Shown here: piece after piece, positions 1-6,479 of the stretch
Numbering within the stretch: position 1 is the first letter of the stretch
Layout of the letters: every line of letters starts with the position of its first letter
From: an uncultured Oscillospiraceae bacterium
Lineage (GTDB): Bacteria > Bacillota > Clostridia > Oscillospirales > Oscillospiraceae
Assembly: GCA_964570015.1 (NCBI GenBank)
Contig: CAZMXF010000001.1
Span: 1-54,686 of the forward strand
DNA length: 54,686 nt
Direction: 5' to 3'
Position numbers and translations under genes: made by a program
The notes under the pieces: model-generated
The model's database searches: none
Seen by the model: only the letters and a program-made list of their open reading frames with translations
What the model was told of the DNA's origin: nothing

Positions 1-1
1 G

Positions 2-394
2 GATGCCGAGGGCGGGCTTGGTGCCTTTACCTCGAAGGGTGCAGCGGCGGCAGCGGCATTCAACACAAGTCTCCCTGGTACGCTGGGCGGCAAGATTATT
101 GAGTTGAGCCTGCTCTTCTTTGCATTGTCCACCATCCTATCTTGGGCATACTACGGCGAGAACTGCTGGTTCTACCTCACAAAGAGCAGCACGGTTGTGC
201 TGATTTACAAGGTGCTCTTCTCTCTGGTGTGCATTGTGGGTGCAGTCGGCTCGGGCACGCTGATGTGGGATATTGCGGACACGCTGAACGGCCTGATGGC
301 CATCCCGAACCTGATTGCGCTTCTGATGCTCTCCGGTACGGTTGCGGCGTTGACAAAGAAGTACTTCTCCACGCATTTGCTGAAGGATAAATAA
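2..394 (+). CDS. alanine/glycine:cation (sodium:alanine) symporter family protein, C-terminal part; 5' end outside window
   Basis: Frame is open from the window edge to the TAA at 392-394. The hydrophobic C-terminus (..STILSWAYYGENCWFYL..) is typical of AGCS transporters. The region is visibly more GC-rich than everything right of ~600. Confidence 0.7.
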   Translation, partial: DAEGGLGAFTSKGAAAAAAFNTSLPGTLGGKIIELSLLFFALSTILSWAYYGENCWFYLTKSSTVVLIYKVLFSLVCIVGAVGSGTLMWDIADTLNGLMAIPNLIALLMLSGTVAALTKKYFSTHLLKDK

Positions 395-426
395 ATCTCT
401 CATATTTTTCTCCTTTTTACGTCTTG

Positions 427-456
427 GCACCCGTTGTCCTGGTGGGCAACGGGTGC
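427..456 (+). terminator. stem-loop downstream of symporter gene (weak intrinsic terminator)
   Basis: GCACCCGTTG (427-436) pairs with CAACGGGTGC (447-456) around a 10-nt loop. The downstream T-tract is poor. Confidence 0.4.
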
Positions 457-469
457 TGAAAGTTTGTTG

Positions 470-498
470 TAGACAACGGAAGAAAAAAGTGCTATAAT
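470..498 (+). promoter_or_regulatory. sigma-A type promoter for the tRNA
   Basis: -35 TAGACA (470-475), 17-nt spacer ending in TG (490-491), -10 TATAAT (493-498). The tRNA starts 14 nt downstream. Confidence 0.5.
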
Positions 499-511
499 AC
501 GTTTTGCAACT

Positions 512-585
512 GCAGGGTTGGTATATCGGTATTACTCCAGCTTCCCAAGCTGGCTAGGCGGGTTCGACTCCCGTACCCTGCTCCA
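512..585 (+). tRNA. tRNA-Gly (anticodon CCC), CCA encoded
   Basis: 74 nt. Perfect 7-bp acceptor stem GCAGGGT/ACCCTGC. Anticodon arm CCAGC-TTCCCAA-GCTGG. T-arm GCGGG-TTCGACT-CCCGT. Discriminator U followed by CCA. Confidence 0.85.
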
Positions 586-593
586 ATGAGAGC

Positions 594-624
594 CTCCCAG
601 AGTGATCGATTCTGGGAGTTTTTT
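594..624 (+). terminator. intrinsic terminator after tRNA-Gly
   Basis: CTCCCAGA (594-601) pairs with TCTGGGAG (611-618) and is followed by TTTTTT (619-624). Confidence 0.65.
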
Positions 625-699
625 CTTGTATTTTTGCAATTATTATGCACTTTCAACCTGCATGGCATACATAAATTCTTGTATACTGACAAGTCCTTT

Positions 700-740
700 T
701 GCACACGAGAGACCAAAAAGTGCACACGAAACTGCACACG
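700..740 (+). repeat. three direct copies of TGCACACG (candidate integrase/Xis arm-type sites in attL)
   Basis: TGCACACG occurs at 700-707, 721-728 and 733-740, in the non-coding stretch between the tRNA terminator and the first phage-side gene. Confidence 0.35.
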
Positions 741-747
741 CTTCATC

Positions 748-957
748 TCATTTTTCTTTCTTTGTACGAAAGTCTGCTCCATAAAAACCATAATTTTCCA
801 CGACCTGAGCTATTTTTCCGCATTCTGGGCAGCTTTCATGATAACTGCTCAGACGAATAAACGAAACATCTTCTATATTTACTTTCTTAAAGAAGCACTC
901 TTCGCAAATATAATGATTTATTCCACAAGTAGGTCTTTCAGACTCATTTAGTAGCAT
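748..957 (-). CDS. small zinc-ribbon protein (69 aa), function unknown
   Basis: ATG at 957 is preceded by GGAGGAC. The protein has two Cys pairs (CGINHYICEEC ... CPEC). Its start overlaps the upstream stop by 14 nt. Confidence 0.5.
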   Translation of the reverse strand: MLLNESERPTCGINHYICEECFFKKVNIEDVSFIRLSSYHESCPECGKIAQVVENYGFYGADFRTKKEK

Positions 958-1228
958 AAAGGTCCTCCATGTGCTCATCGATCTTCTTAGCGAACTCATT
1001 TTTTGCCTTAAATCCAATAAGATCAGATAATCCAATAGAACCATCAGTACAAAAATGGCTTGTTTTTTCTAAAATAGGCCCTCCAAGAATTGACCTGCTC
1101 ATTCTAGCTTCTTCATTAAGACCAATCGCTGTTAAGCACTCTAATGGAATATTTCTATTTCCTGTTCGGCCAGTCTCAAAAGTCATTCCACAAAGTCTAC
1201 ACCTATACGTTGCTTTGTATATTACCAT
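944..1228 (-). CDS. small Cys-containing protein (94 aa) whose C-terminus mimics an integrase C-terminus
   Basis: The ATG at 1228 abuts the IS end. The sequence has CRLCG near the N-terminus. The C-terminal ..EFAKKIDEHMEDLY matches the integrase tail ..EFAKRIDDHMEELY. Confidence 0.45.
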   Translation of the reverse strand: MVIYKATYRCRLCGMTFETGRTGNRNIPLECLTAIGLNEEARMSRSILGGPILEKTSHFCTDGSIGLSDLIGFKAKNEFAKKIDEHMEDLYATK

Positions 1229-1231
1229 TAT

Positions 1232-2914
1232 CCTGAATCCGTGAAACTCATTTTTCAAAATAAGCTCGCAAGATCTTTACGGCAAAATCTATGCGAGTTG
1301 TACACAAAAGTTTGATGAGCATACAGCTTCAGCAGTTTTTGTGCGCAACAATACGAGCCCTCTGTTGAGAGCAGTGGTTTCTGAAATCAGTATTTGCATT
1401 CAGATTGCAGCAAACCTGAGCCAGGTCTGCATAAACGCAAATCGCCAGGTATTACTTCGACCGAGCGCCATGAGTGTTTCTCGCGCATGAGTAGTCACAT
1501 GACTCGCCAGTAGGATCAGATTTCCAATGACAGTCCGAATTCTGCGGCGTTTTACACGCTTCTTCTGATCCGGTTTGTGCTTCAGAGACTCCTGGCCAAT
1601 CATACGAAGCAGATTGTATGCAATGATGGTCAGTTCAAGGACCAACTCATTGGTTTCAAACTTCCCTGAGGGGAGACGTTCAACGTCCATATCTGTCTTG
1701 ATCTCGCTGTGATACTGTTCACATTCCCCGTGAGCATGGTAGGAAGCAATAATTTCATCATCTGTCCAACCGAGATTCGTCCAAAAGGTGTTTACCTCAA
1801 TATCCGGTTCCATCAGAATCTGTCCATGCTTGTTAATGCTTCGTTCAATAACCTCATATACGATACGCATGCAGATTACTTTGAGCTCCCCATCCTCTGT
1901 AACATACTCCACATCTTTCCAGGAAGAGCCAACATATACTATCTTTCCCTCACGGGGATTCCGTACATCTGTGCAGCATTCCTGAACCAACTTGAGCCAA
2001 TCTTCTTTTGTTTCGCCTCGGCGAAGATTCCGCTTTACAATGAACCAGTCTCCGTCCTCCAGAAGAATACCGAGATTTTCTTTTGCATCATTGCCGGAGT
2101 CCAAACGAATCAGAAGTTGCTTATCCGTCATTTTGTGGCTCAGGCGAAGAGTTTCCCTCAGAAACTCCGGCATTCCTTTTTGGCAGTGCTGGCTTCCTTC
2201 GTGTAATTCTGTATTGACCAGGAATCCCTCTGTGCCAATATATGCCATGGGTGGAGCGTAGCCATCAAAGCCCTTATATGTTTTGGATACTCCGTCTTTA
2301 TGTGATTTGGAGTTGTCCATGGGGGTTACATCCATGTCTACGGGGACCTCACCTGTATCCAGTGCAGATGGTTCTACTCCGTGGGTACGGAACATATCCA
2401 CATTGGCTTCCAATATCTGTGGCCGCAGGCTTGAACCAATATCATCCATACGCTGACGCAGCGTTTCAGCCGAAGGGATACTTCTTGTGACGCCAAGTGC
2501 GCTCTCAAAGAAATCCGGATCATCCTGAAATTCTCGTACTGCATCAAACTGGGGCTTTCCTTGGCAAAGCAGACCAATATAGGTGAGCAGGATGTCTCCA
2601 TCTTTTATTTGCGGCTCACTGCGTTTCTTATCCACAGGAATCCGATTGCACCGCTTGACAAAATTGCTCTTCCCGAGCATTCCGCCAATGATATTCAATC
2701 CGCTCGGTGTGATAAGACGTTCATTGGAAAAAACAACTCTGATCTGTTTAGACATTGTGTTGACCTCCGGTTTAAGGGTGTCAACAGTATAACATATATC
2801 GGTCTTTTACGCACCTGTTAGGTGCACGACAATCTACTGTCCTGTGAACCTTAAATGTCCATTTTTCACGGGGCTTCCTGTGATTATCTTACATTTGAGT
2901 TTCACGGATTGAGG
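1232..2914 (-). mobile_element. complete IS1380-family insertion sequence (1,683 bp)
   Basis: Terminal inverted repeats CCTGAATCCGTGAAACTCA (1232-1250) and the reverse complement of 2896-2914 match at 18/19 positions. A 5-bp direct repeat ATTAT flanks the element (1227-1231 and 2915-2919). It contains a single 451-aa transposase ORF. Confidence 0.8.
1400..2755 (-). CDS. IS1380-family DDE transposase
   Basis: 451 aa. The blocks ..KTYKGFDGYAP.., ..IRLDSGND.. and ..YHAHGECEQYHSEIKTDM.. follow the layout I recall for ISEcp1/IS1380 transposases. Confidence 0.8.
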   Translation of the reverse strand: MSKQIRVVFSNERLITPSGLNIIGGMLGKSNFVKRCNRIPVDKKRSEPQIKDGDILLTYIGLLCQGKPQFDAVREFQDDPDFFESALGVTRSIPSAETLRQRMDDIGSSLRPQILEANVDMFRTHGVEPSALDTGEVPVDMDVTPMDNSKSHKDGVSKTYKGFDGYAPPMAYIGTEGFLVNTELHEGSQHCQKGMPEFLRETLRLSHKMTDKQLLIRLDSGNDAKENLGILLEDGDWFIVKRNLRRGETKEDWLKLVQECCTDVRNPREGKIVYVGSSWKDVEYVTEDGELKVICMRIVYEVIERSINKHGQILMEPDIEVNTFWTNLGWTDDEIIASYHAHGECEQYHSEIKTDMDVERLPSGKFETNELVLELTIIAYNLLRMIGQESLKHKPDQKKRVKRRRIRTVIGNLILLASHVTTHARETLMALGRSNTWRFAFMQTWLRFAAI

Positions 2915-3982
2915 ATTATATAATTCCTCCATATGATCATCGATTCTCTTAGCGAACTCATCTTCCTTGTCAGGAATCGTATGCTGATAAACTGTTTTGA
3001 GCATATTATCTGTCGCGTGCCCCATTCGTTTCATGGCATATTTGTCGGGAACTCCAAGAGTATGAGCTTCTGATGCTGCGAAATGCCTCAGATCATGAAA
3101 CCTGTAGTGCTGAACTCCTGCCTGCTTACAGAATCTCACGAACGCCTGATAAATAAGATCTGACTTGAACGGGAATAGATACTCTTCATCAATTGACGTG
3201 ATTTTAGATCCTGTAAGATGATCAGCTCTCATTACTTCAAGTCTGGCAACCTTCAGATCGTCTATCATCTTATCGATAGTTTCTGGTAAAACGATCCAGC
3301 GATCACCTGAAATTGTTTTAGTGAGTTTCTCAAATGCTTTGCCCTTGACTCCCCTAACAACTGCTCTCTGAATATGCAGCCTTCCATTTTGAATGTCGCC
3401 ATACTTGAGCCCCTTGATCTCTGACATCCTCAAACCAAGCCATGACGCAAGCAGAATCGGAAGTTCATATCTAGTTCCCTTTGCCTGTGTCCAGATCAGC
3501 TTCATTTCCTCTTCTGTAGGGATTTGAACTGAACTGGGTTTCTTTTGCGGCAAACGGGTTCTTACTACAAAGTTTGGGCGATACTGTTTTAGTACAGCGG
3601 TTAAGAGTCCATGAGAATTCTGAATAGATTTAGGACTCTTACCTTTTGCCTGATCTTCACTAACCGCAATCTGAATCTGCATCTGATCAAGGTCTGAGAT
3701 ATTAATCTCCATAAGAGACTGCAGATCGTTTTTTCGAATCGTTTTGTATCCTCTGACTGTTGAAGGTGACAGAACTTTTTCTTTAGATTCGATGTAAAGA
3801 TCCATTGCCTTGCCGACTGTTAACGGAATACGCTCTTCTGCTTCGATCCCAGCAAAGAGAAGCTTAGCTGCGTCCTGAGCTTCCTTCTTAGTCCGGCCTG
3901 TGCAGGAATAGCGTTTTCCATTTACCTGAATCTGGCATCTCCAACTTCCAGACTTAAGCTTTTTCGCTGTTGGGCTCTTCAT
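2834..3982 (-). CDS. int: tyrosine recombinase / phage integrase; last 26 codons supplied by the IS
   Basis: GGAGG lies 5 nt before the ATG at 3982, which forms a TAATG overlap with the upstream stop. The N-terminus is arm-binding-like (SGSWRCQIQVNGKRY). The catalytic region reads ..FHDLRHF.. ..GHATDNMLKTVYQH... Codons from 2914 down to the stop at 2834 lie inside the IS inverted repeat. Confidence 0.85.
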   Translation of the reverse strand: MKSPTAKKLKSGSWRCQIQVNGKRYSCTGRTKKEAQDAAKLLFAGIEAEERIPLTVGKAMDLYIESKEKVLSPSTVRGYKTIRKNDLQSLMEINISDLDQMQIQIAVSEDQAKGKSPKSIQNSHGLLTAVLKQYRPNFVVRTRLPQKKPSSVQIPTEEEMKLIWTQAKGTRYELPILLASWLGLRMSEIKGLKYGDIQNGRLHIQRAVVRGVKGKAFEKLTKTISGDRWIVLPETIDKMIDDLKVARLEVMRADHLTGSKITSIDEEYLFPFKSDLIYQAFVRFCKQAGVQHYRFHDLRHFAASEAHTLGVPDKYAMKRMGHATDNMLKTVYQHTIPDKEDEFAKRIDDHMEELYNPQSVKLKCKIITGSPVKNGHLRFTGQ

Positions 3983-4620
3983 TAATACCTCCAATATCTC
4001 GTCGACCGTGTTGCCACAAAATCTGTTCTTAGTACGATGTCATTGGAAGTCCAGTCCATATAAACATATTCATTTGAGCATGGTCTTCCAGTTCCTTCAT
4101 GCCAAATGGTAAGTTCCTCTTTGGCAATTTCCTTTAATTTGCTGAGAACATCATTGTCTGCGCTGTATCTCATCCACTGATTCGGCTGATTAATAACATC
4201 ATCAAGTGTAGATCCAAAGATCGGATTCGGATTATCTACTCTGTTAAATACACACCAGCAATAAGTTCTAAGGTCATCCGTTGAGTTATCCTTGACCCCA
4301 TATAAAACCTTTGCTAGAGAATTCGCCTCCAGGTCAATCTGCTCCTGAAGACTTAAAGGCATTGCTGCTTTTCTTGCGTCTTCAGCATCTCTTTCCGAAA
4401 TATAATTCTGAAGCTGAACTTTGTACTCTGCTGCAGCCCTCTTTTCTGCTCTGTTCTCTGAAATAGTCCATAATCCGACAGAATATAATACGAAGACCAT
4501 CAGAACACAGACCCACTTGATACCAACCTCGATCCAAAAAAGTTCTTTTTCGGAGAGTCTGATCTCCATTTTTTCTGCCATGAGTTCGATGCGCTGTTTC
4601 ATACTGCTTTTTCCTTTCAT
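3982..4620 (-). CDS. membrane-anchored cell-wall hydrolase, SleB/CwlJ (Hydrolase_2)-like; candidate endolysin
   Basis: An N-terminal TM segment (IKWVCVLMVFVLYSVGLW) is followed by ..LAKVLYGV..CWCVFNRVDN..TLDDVINQPNQW.., which resembles the Hydrolase_2 core. Confidence 0.55.
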   Translation of the reverse strand: MKGKSSMKQRIELMAEKMEIRLSEKELFWIEVGIKWVCVLMVFVLYSVGLWTISENRAEKRAAAEYKVQLQNYISERDAEDARKAAMPLSLQEQIDLEANSLAKVLYGVKDNSTDDLRTYCWCVFNRVDNPNPIFGSTLDDVINQPNQWMRYSADNDVLSKLKEIAKEELTIWHEGTGRPCSNEYVYMDWTSNDIVLRTDFVATRSTRYWRY

Positions 4621-4695
4621 TTTGAATTTATATAACCAAAGAGAAGAGGAGCTGCTGTAATTACAATTCCTCTTCCCTTCTGTTACCTCCTTTAT

Positions 4696-4779
4696 TTAGA
4701 TTTGAGTCGTAACAATCACGAATCCGCTGATAATTCCTTCCGCAAAGTGTTTCCAGAATTCTTGCCACTTATCTTTCAT
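4696..4779 (-). CDS. 27-aa hydrophobic-tailed peptide (not in ORF track)
   Basis: AAGGAGAG lies 8 nt before the ATG at 4779. The peptide is MKDKWQEFWKHFAEGIISGFVIVTTQI. It follows motif copy A directly. Confidence 0.35.
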   Translation of the reverse strand: MKDKWQEFWKHFAEGIISGFVIVTTQI

Positions 4780-4810
4780 GTCTATAACTCTCCTTAATTT
4801 TCAGTTAGTT

Positions 4811-4839
4811 TCTCACTATAGAAACTGTGAAAATTACGA
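4811..4839 (-). promoter_or_regulatory. type-1 promoter-like motif, copy A
   Basis: Minus strand reads TCGTAATTTTCACAGTTTCTATAGTGAGA. It lies immediately after a T10 run and before the RBS of the 27-aa ORF. Confidence 0.45.
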
Positions 4840-4840
4840 A

Positions 4841-5003
4841 AAAAAAAAATAGTCGTTGTGAGAGTTACGAGCTTCGAACTCGCGTCTCCAATTTAATCCA
4901 CTTATTGGCGTCGGGAACCGTTTCCGGCTTGGTGTCCTACCATTGGACGATTACGTAGTCTAGGCATCTCAGCCTGGCCCGCATAACCGGACCTATCTAC
5001 TCC
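4841..5003 (-). ncRNA. candidate structured non-coding RNA (~160 nt) with tRNA-like D-arm and T-arm modules
   Basis: No ORF is present. The locus is bounded by motif copy B upstream and a T10 run (4841-4850) downstream. It contains GTCC-AATGGTA-GGAC, the GNRA hairpin AGCCG-GAAA-CGGTT, CCAAT..ATTGG, and GCGAG-TTCGAAG-CTCGT. Confidence 0.4.
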
Positions 5004-5033
5004 TCTCTACTATAGGAGCTGTTTTTATTACGA
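5002..5033 (-). promoter_or_regulatory. type-1 promoter-like motif, copy B
   Basis: Minus strand reads TCGTAATAAAAACAGCTCCTATAGTAGAGAGG. It lies directly after the terminator hairpin at 5042-5085. Confidence 0.45.
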
Positions 5034-5041
5034 GTAGCAAA

Positions 5042-5085
5042 GAAGGGGCAGTTTGAGCTCTCAGGCTACTTTTAACTGCCCCTTC
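5042..5085 (-). terminator. intrinsic terminator after the lysis-end operon
   Basis: 12-bp stem GAAGGGGCAGTT/AACTGCCCCTTC (5042-5053 and 5074-5085), followed on the minus strand by TTTGCT. Confidence 0.55.
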
Positions 5086-5141
5086 TAAATTAAGGAGGAT
5101 CCTATAATTGTATTCTTAAAAGATCTCTTTTAAATTTAAAG

Positions 5142-5297
5142 TTATCCTTTAGCAGGTGCGGGAATCGGACAAGCATCTTTTGAGCACTTGTCTTCATCTG
5201 CTTTCGGTTTTGTCAGTTTATGGTCATGCTCGCAAAACCAGCAGACTTCATGATCCTTTGCGCAAGGTCCTCCACAGATTTTGCATCTGGCAATCAT
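5142..5297 (-). CDS. 51-aa Cys-rich (zinc-ribbon-like) protein (not in ORF track)
   Basis: ATGA start/stop overlap with the upstream gene at 5294-5297. The protein is MIARCKICGGPCAKDHEVCWFCEHDH... Confidence 0.5.
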   Translation of the reverse strand: MIARCKICGGPCAKDHEVCWFCEHDHKLTKPKADEDKCSKDACPIPAPAKG

Positions 5298-5605
5298 TTT
5301 AACTCAAACGCCACCTTATAGCCAAGAGCACTCATAATCTTGACAATCGATGTAAACTTCGGATCGCATTCCCCTTTTTCAAGTGCAAGAATCGTATGAC
5401 TGCTCACGCCAGACATCTCAGCAAGCTTCTTAGCGGAAATTCCCTTCTGGAGACGCATTGCCTTGATCGGAGGGAGCTTCACAGAGGGTTTTACAGATTT
5501 CTTAGCCGGGGATTTTTTGGCTTCTGCTTTTGCAACGGGTTTCTTAGCAGGAGCTTTTGCCGGTGCAGCCTTCTTAGCTGTGGATTTCTTACTCTTCACT
5601 TCCAT
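5294..5605 (-). CDS. XRE-type HTH protein with Lys/Ala/Pro-rich histone-H1-like N-terminal tail
   Basis: Start reassigned to ATG 5605 (GGAGGAAATTCAAAATGG). The N-terminus reads KKSTAKKAAPAKAPAKKPVAKAEAKK. The C-terminal HTH reads ..ISAKKLAEMSGVSSHTILALEKG... Confidence 0.6.
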   Translation of the reverse strand: MEVKSKKSTAKKAAPAKAPAKKPVAKAEAKKSPAKKSVKPSVKLPPIKAMRLQKGISAKKLAEMSGVSSHTILALEKGECDPKFTSIVKIMSALGYKVAFELK

Positions 5606-5963
5606 TTTGAATTTCCTCCTCGTCATCAAAAGTGACTTTTCCTTCAGATACAGAAAGTTTCAGTGCTTTCTTACCTATCATGTCATTGAAGTTCAGTTCG
5701 CCGAGATCAATGTCTACTTTCGGATCTTCAGGATCATTGTTGTCAATAATCATGCTGCCTTCAACAATTCCAGCCTCCGGAATACCGACAGCAATGCTCT
5801 TGAGGATCGAATAGACAGCTGCCACCGCTGAAACAGAGAGAATGTTCAGCCAGTCAACCTCTTTGATAGTTGCGCCGATCGTAAACATACCAAGAGCTGT
5901 CTGAGCTGCCGTGTGAAGTGCACGAATGAGAATTTTCTTTACGAAGTCCCAATTGAATGTCAT
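5589..5963 (-). CDS. holin (LL-H / r1t-like type)
   Basis: The N-terminus ..KKILIRALHTAAQTALGMF.. is followed by two further hydrophobic segments and an acidic C-terminal tail. Position is at the lysis end of the prophage. Confidence 0.55.
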   Translation of the reverse strand: MTFNWDFVKKILIRALHTAAQTALGMFTIGATIKEVDWLNILSVSAVAAVYSILKSIAVGIPEAGIVEGSMIIDNNDPEDPKVDIDLGELNFNDMIGKKALKLSVSEGKVTFDDEEEIQNGSEE

Positions 5964-6448
5964 GATTCTTCTCCTTCTTTCAGAAAACTATTTTCTTGTA
6001 TGCATTTGTCATTTAGTCTGCGGATTTCCCGAATGGCGGCAGAAATCACACCATTCTTGACCTTGTTCTTTTCAATGTAGATCTCATACTCATCACATTG
6101 CTTTAAAACGAAGTCAAACTCTTCCTTGGTATGTCGTCTGCCGTTCATGCAGGAATTACAGAAATCCAGAATGTCTCGCCGAATGTCCTGAAGAGATTTG
6201 TCTTCTGAGTCAGTTATGTGCTTTTTAAGTTCATTCTGCAGAAGCTCAACTTTAGAAGATAGCTCATCCACTTTAGCAATTGTTCTGGCATTAATTTTGG
6301 AGCCGATCCACTCCAGTAATGTGCTCCAGGGTTTCCATTTGATCTTTGGGATAATCTCAATCCCGATAGACATAAGAAAGGCAACGACTCCCCAAAATGA
6401 GAAGCCGCTGCCGAATCCAATGGAGGCTATAAATTCTTTAAAGGTCAT
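5960..6448 (-). CDS. membrane-anchored coiled-coil protein, function unknown
   Basis: 162 aa with an RBS GGAGG. An N-terminal TM segment (FSFWGVVAFLMSIGIEII) is followed by a helical region. Confidence 0.6.
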   Translation of the reverse strand: MTFKEFIASIGFGSGFSFWGVVAFLMSIGIEIIPKIKWKPWSTLLEWIGSKINARTIAKVDELSSKVELLQNELKKHITDSEDKSLQDIRRDILDFCNSCMNGRRHTKEEFDFVLKQCDEYEIYIEKNKVKNGVISAAIREIRRLNDKCIQENSFLKEGEES

Positions 6449-6479
6449 TTGATGCCATCCTCCAATATGGAAAAATCTA

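Noticed and set aside
492-951. ORFs 492-791 (-), 586-951 (+) and 602-784 (+) overlapping the tRNA and attL region.
   Set aside because: They overlap the tRNA gene, its terminator and the octamer repeats. They have no RBS and a biased composition. They are most likely non-coding.
4806-4830. Plus-strand reading of the type-1 motif (..TCTCACTATAGAAAC.., ..CTCTCTACTATAGGAG..) as T7-like CACTATAG promoters firing rightward.
   Set aside because: All flanking genes are on the minus strand, and I recognised no T7-family single-subunit RNAP in the window. The conserved TCGTAA/ACAGC half would then lie downstream of the start site. The minus-strand orientation, upstream of RBS-bearing genes, is more coherent.
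4841-5003. Calling the tRNA-like locus a bona fide tRNA gene (possibly with an intron).
   Set aside because: The D-arm and T-arm are convincing. However, no 7-bp acceptor stem can be formed with the flanks of those arms, and D-to-T spacing is 49 nt. The only anticodon-stem candidates enclose 11- or 35-nt loops without a U33-type anticodon loop. It is kept as an ncRNA candidate only.
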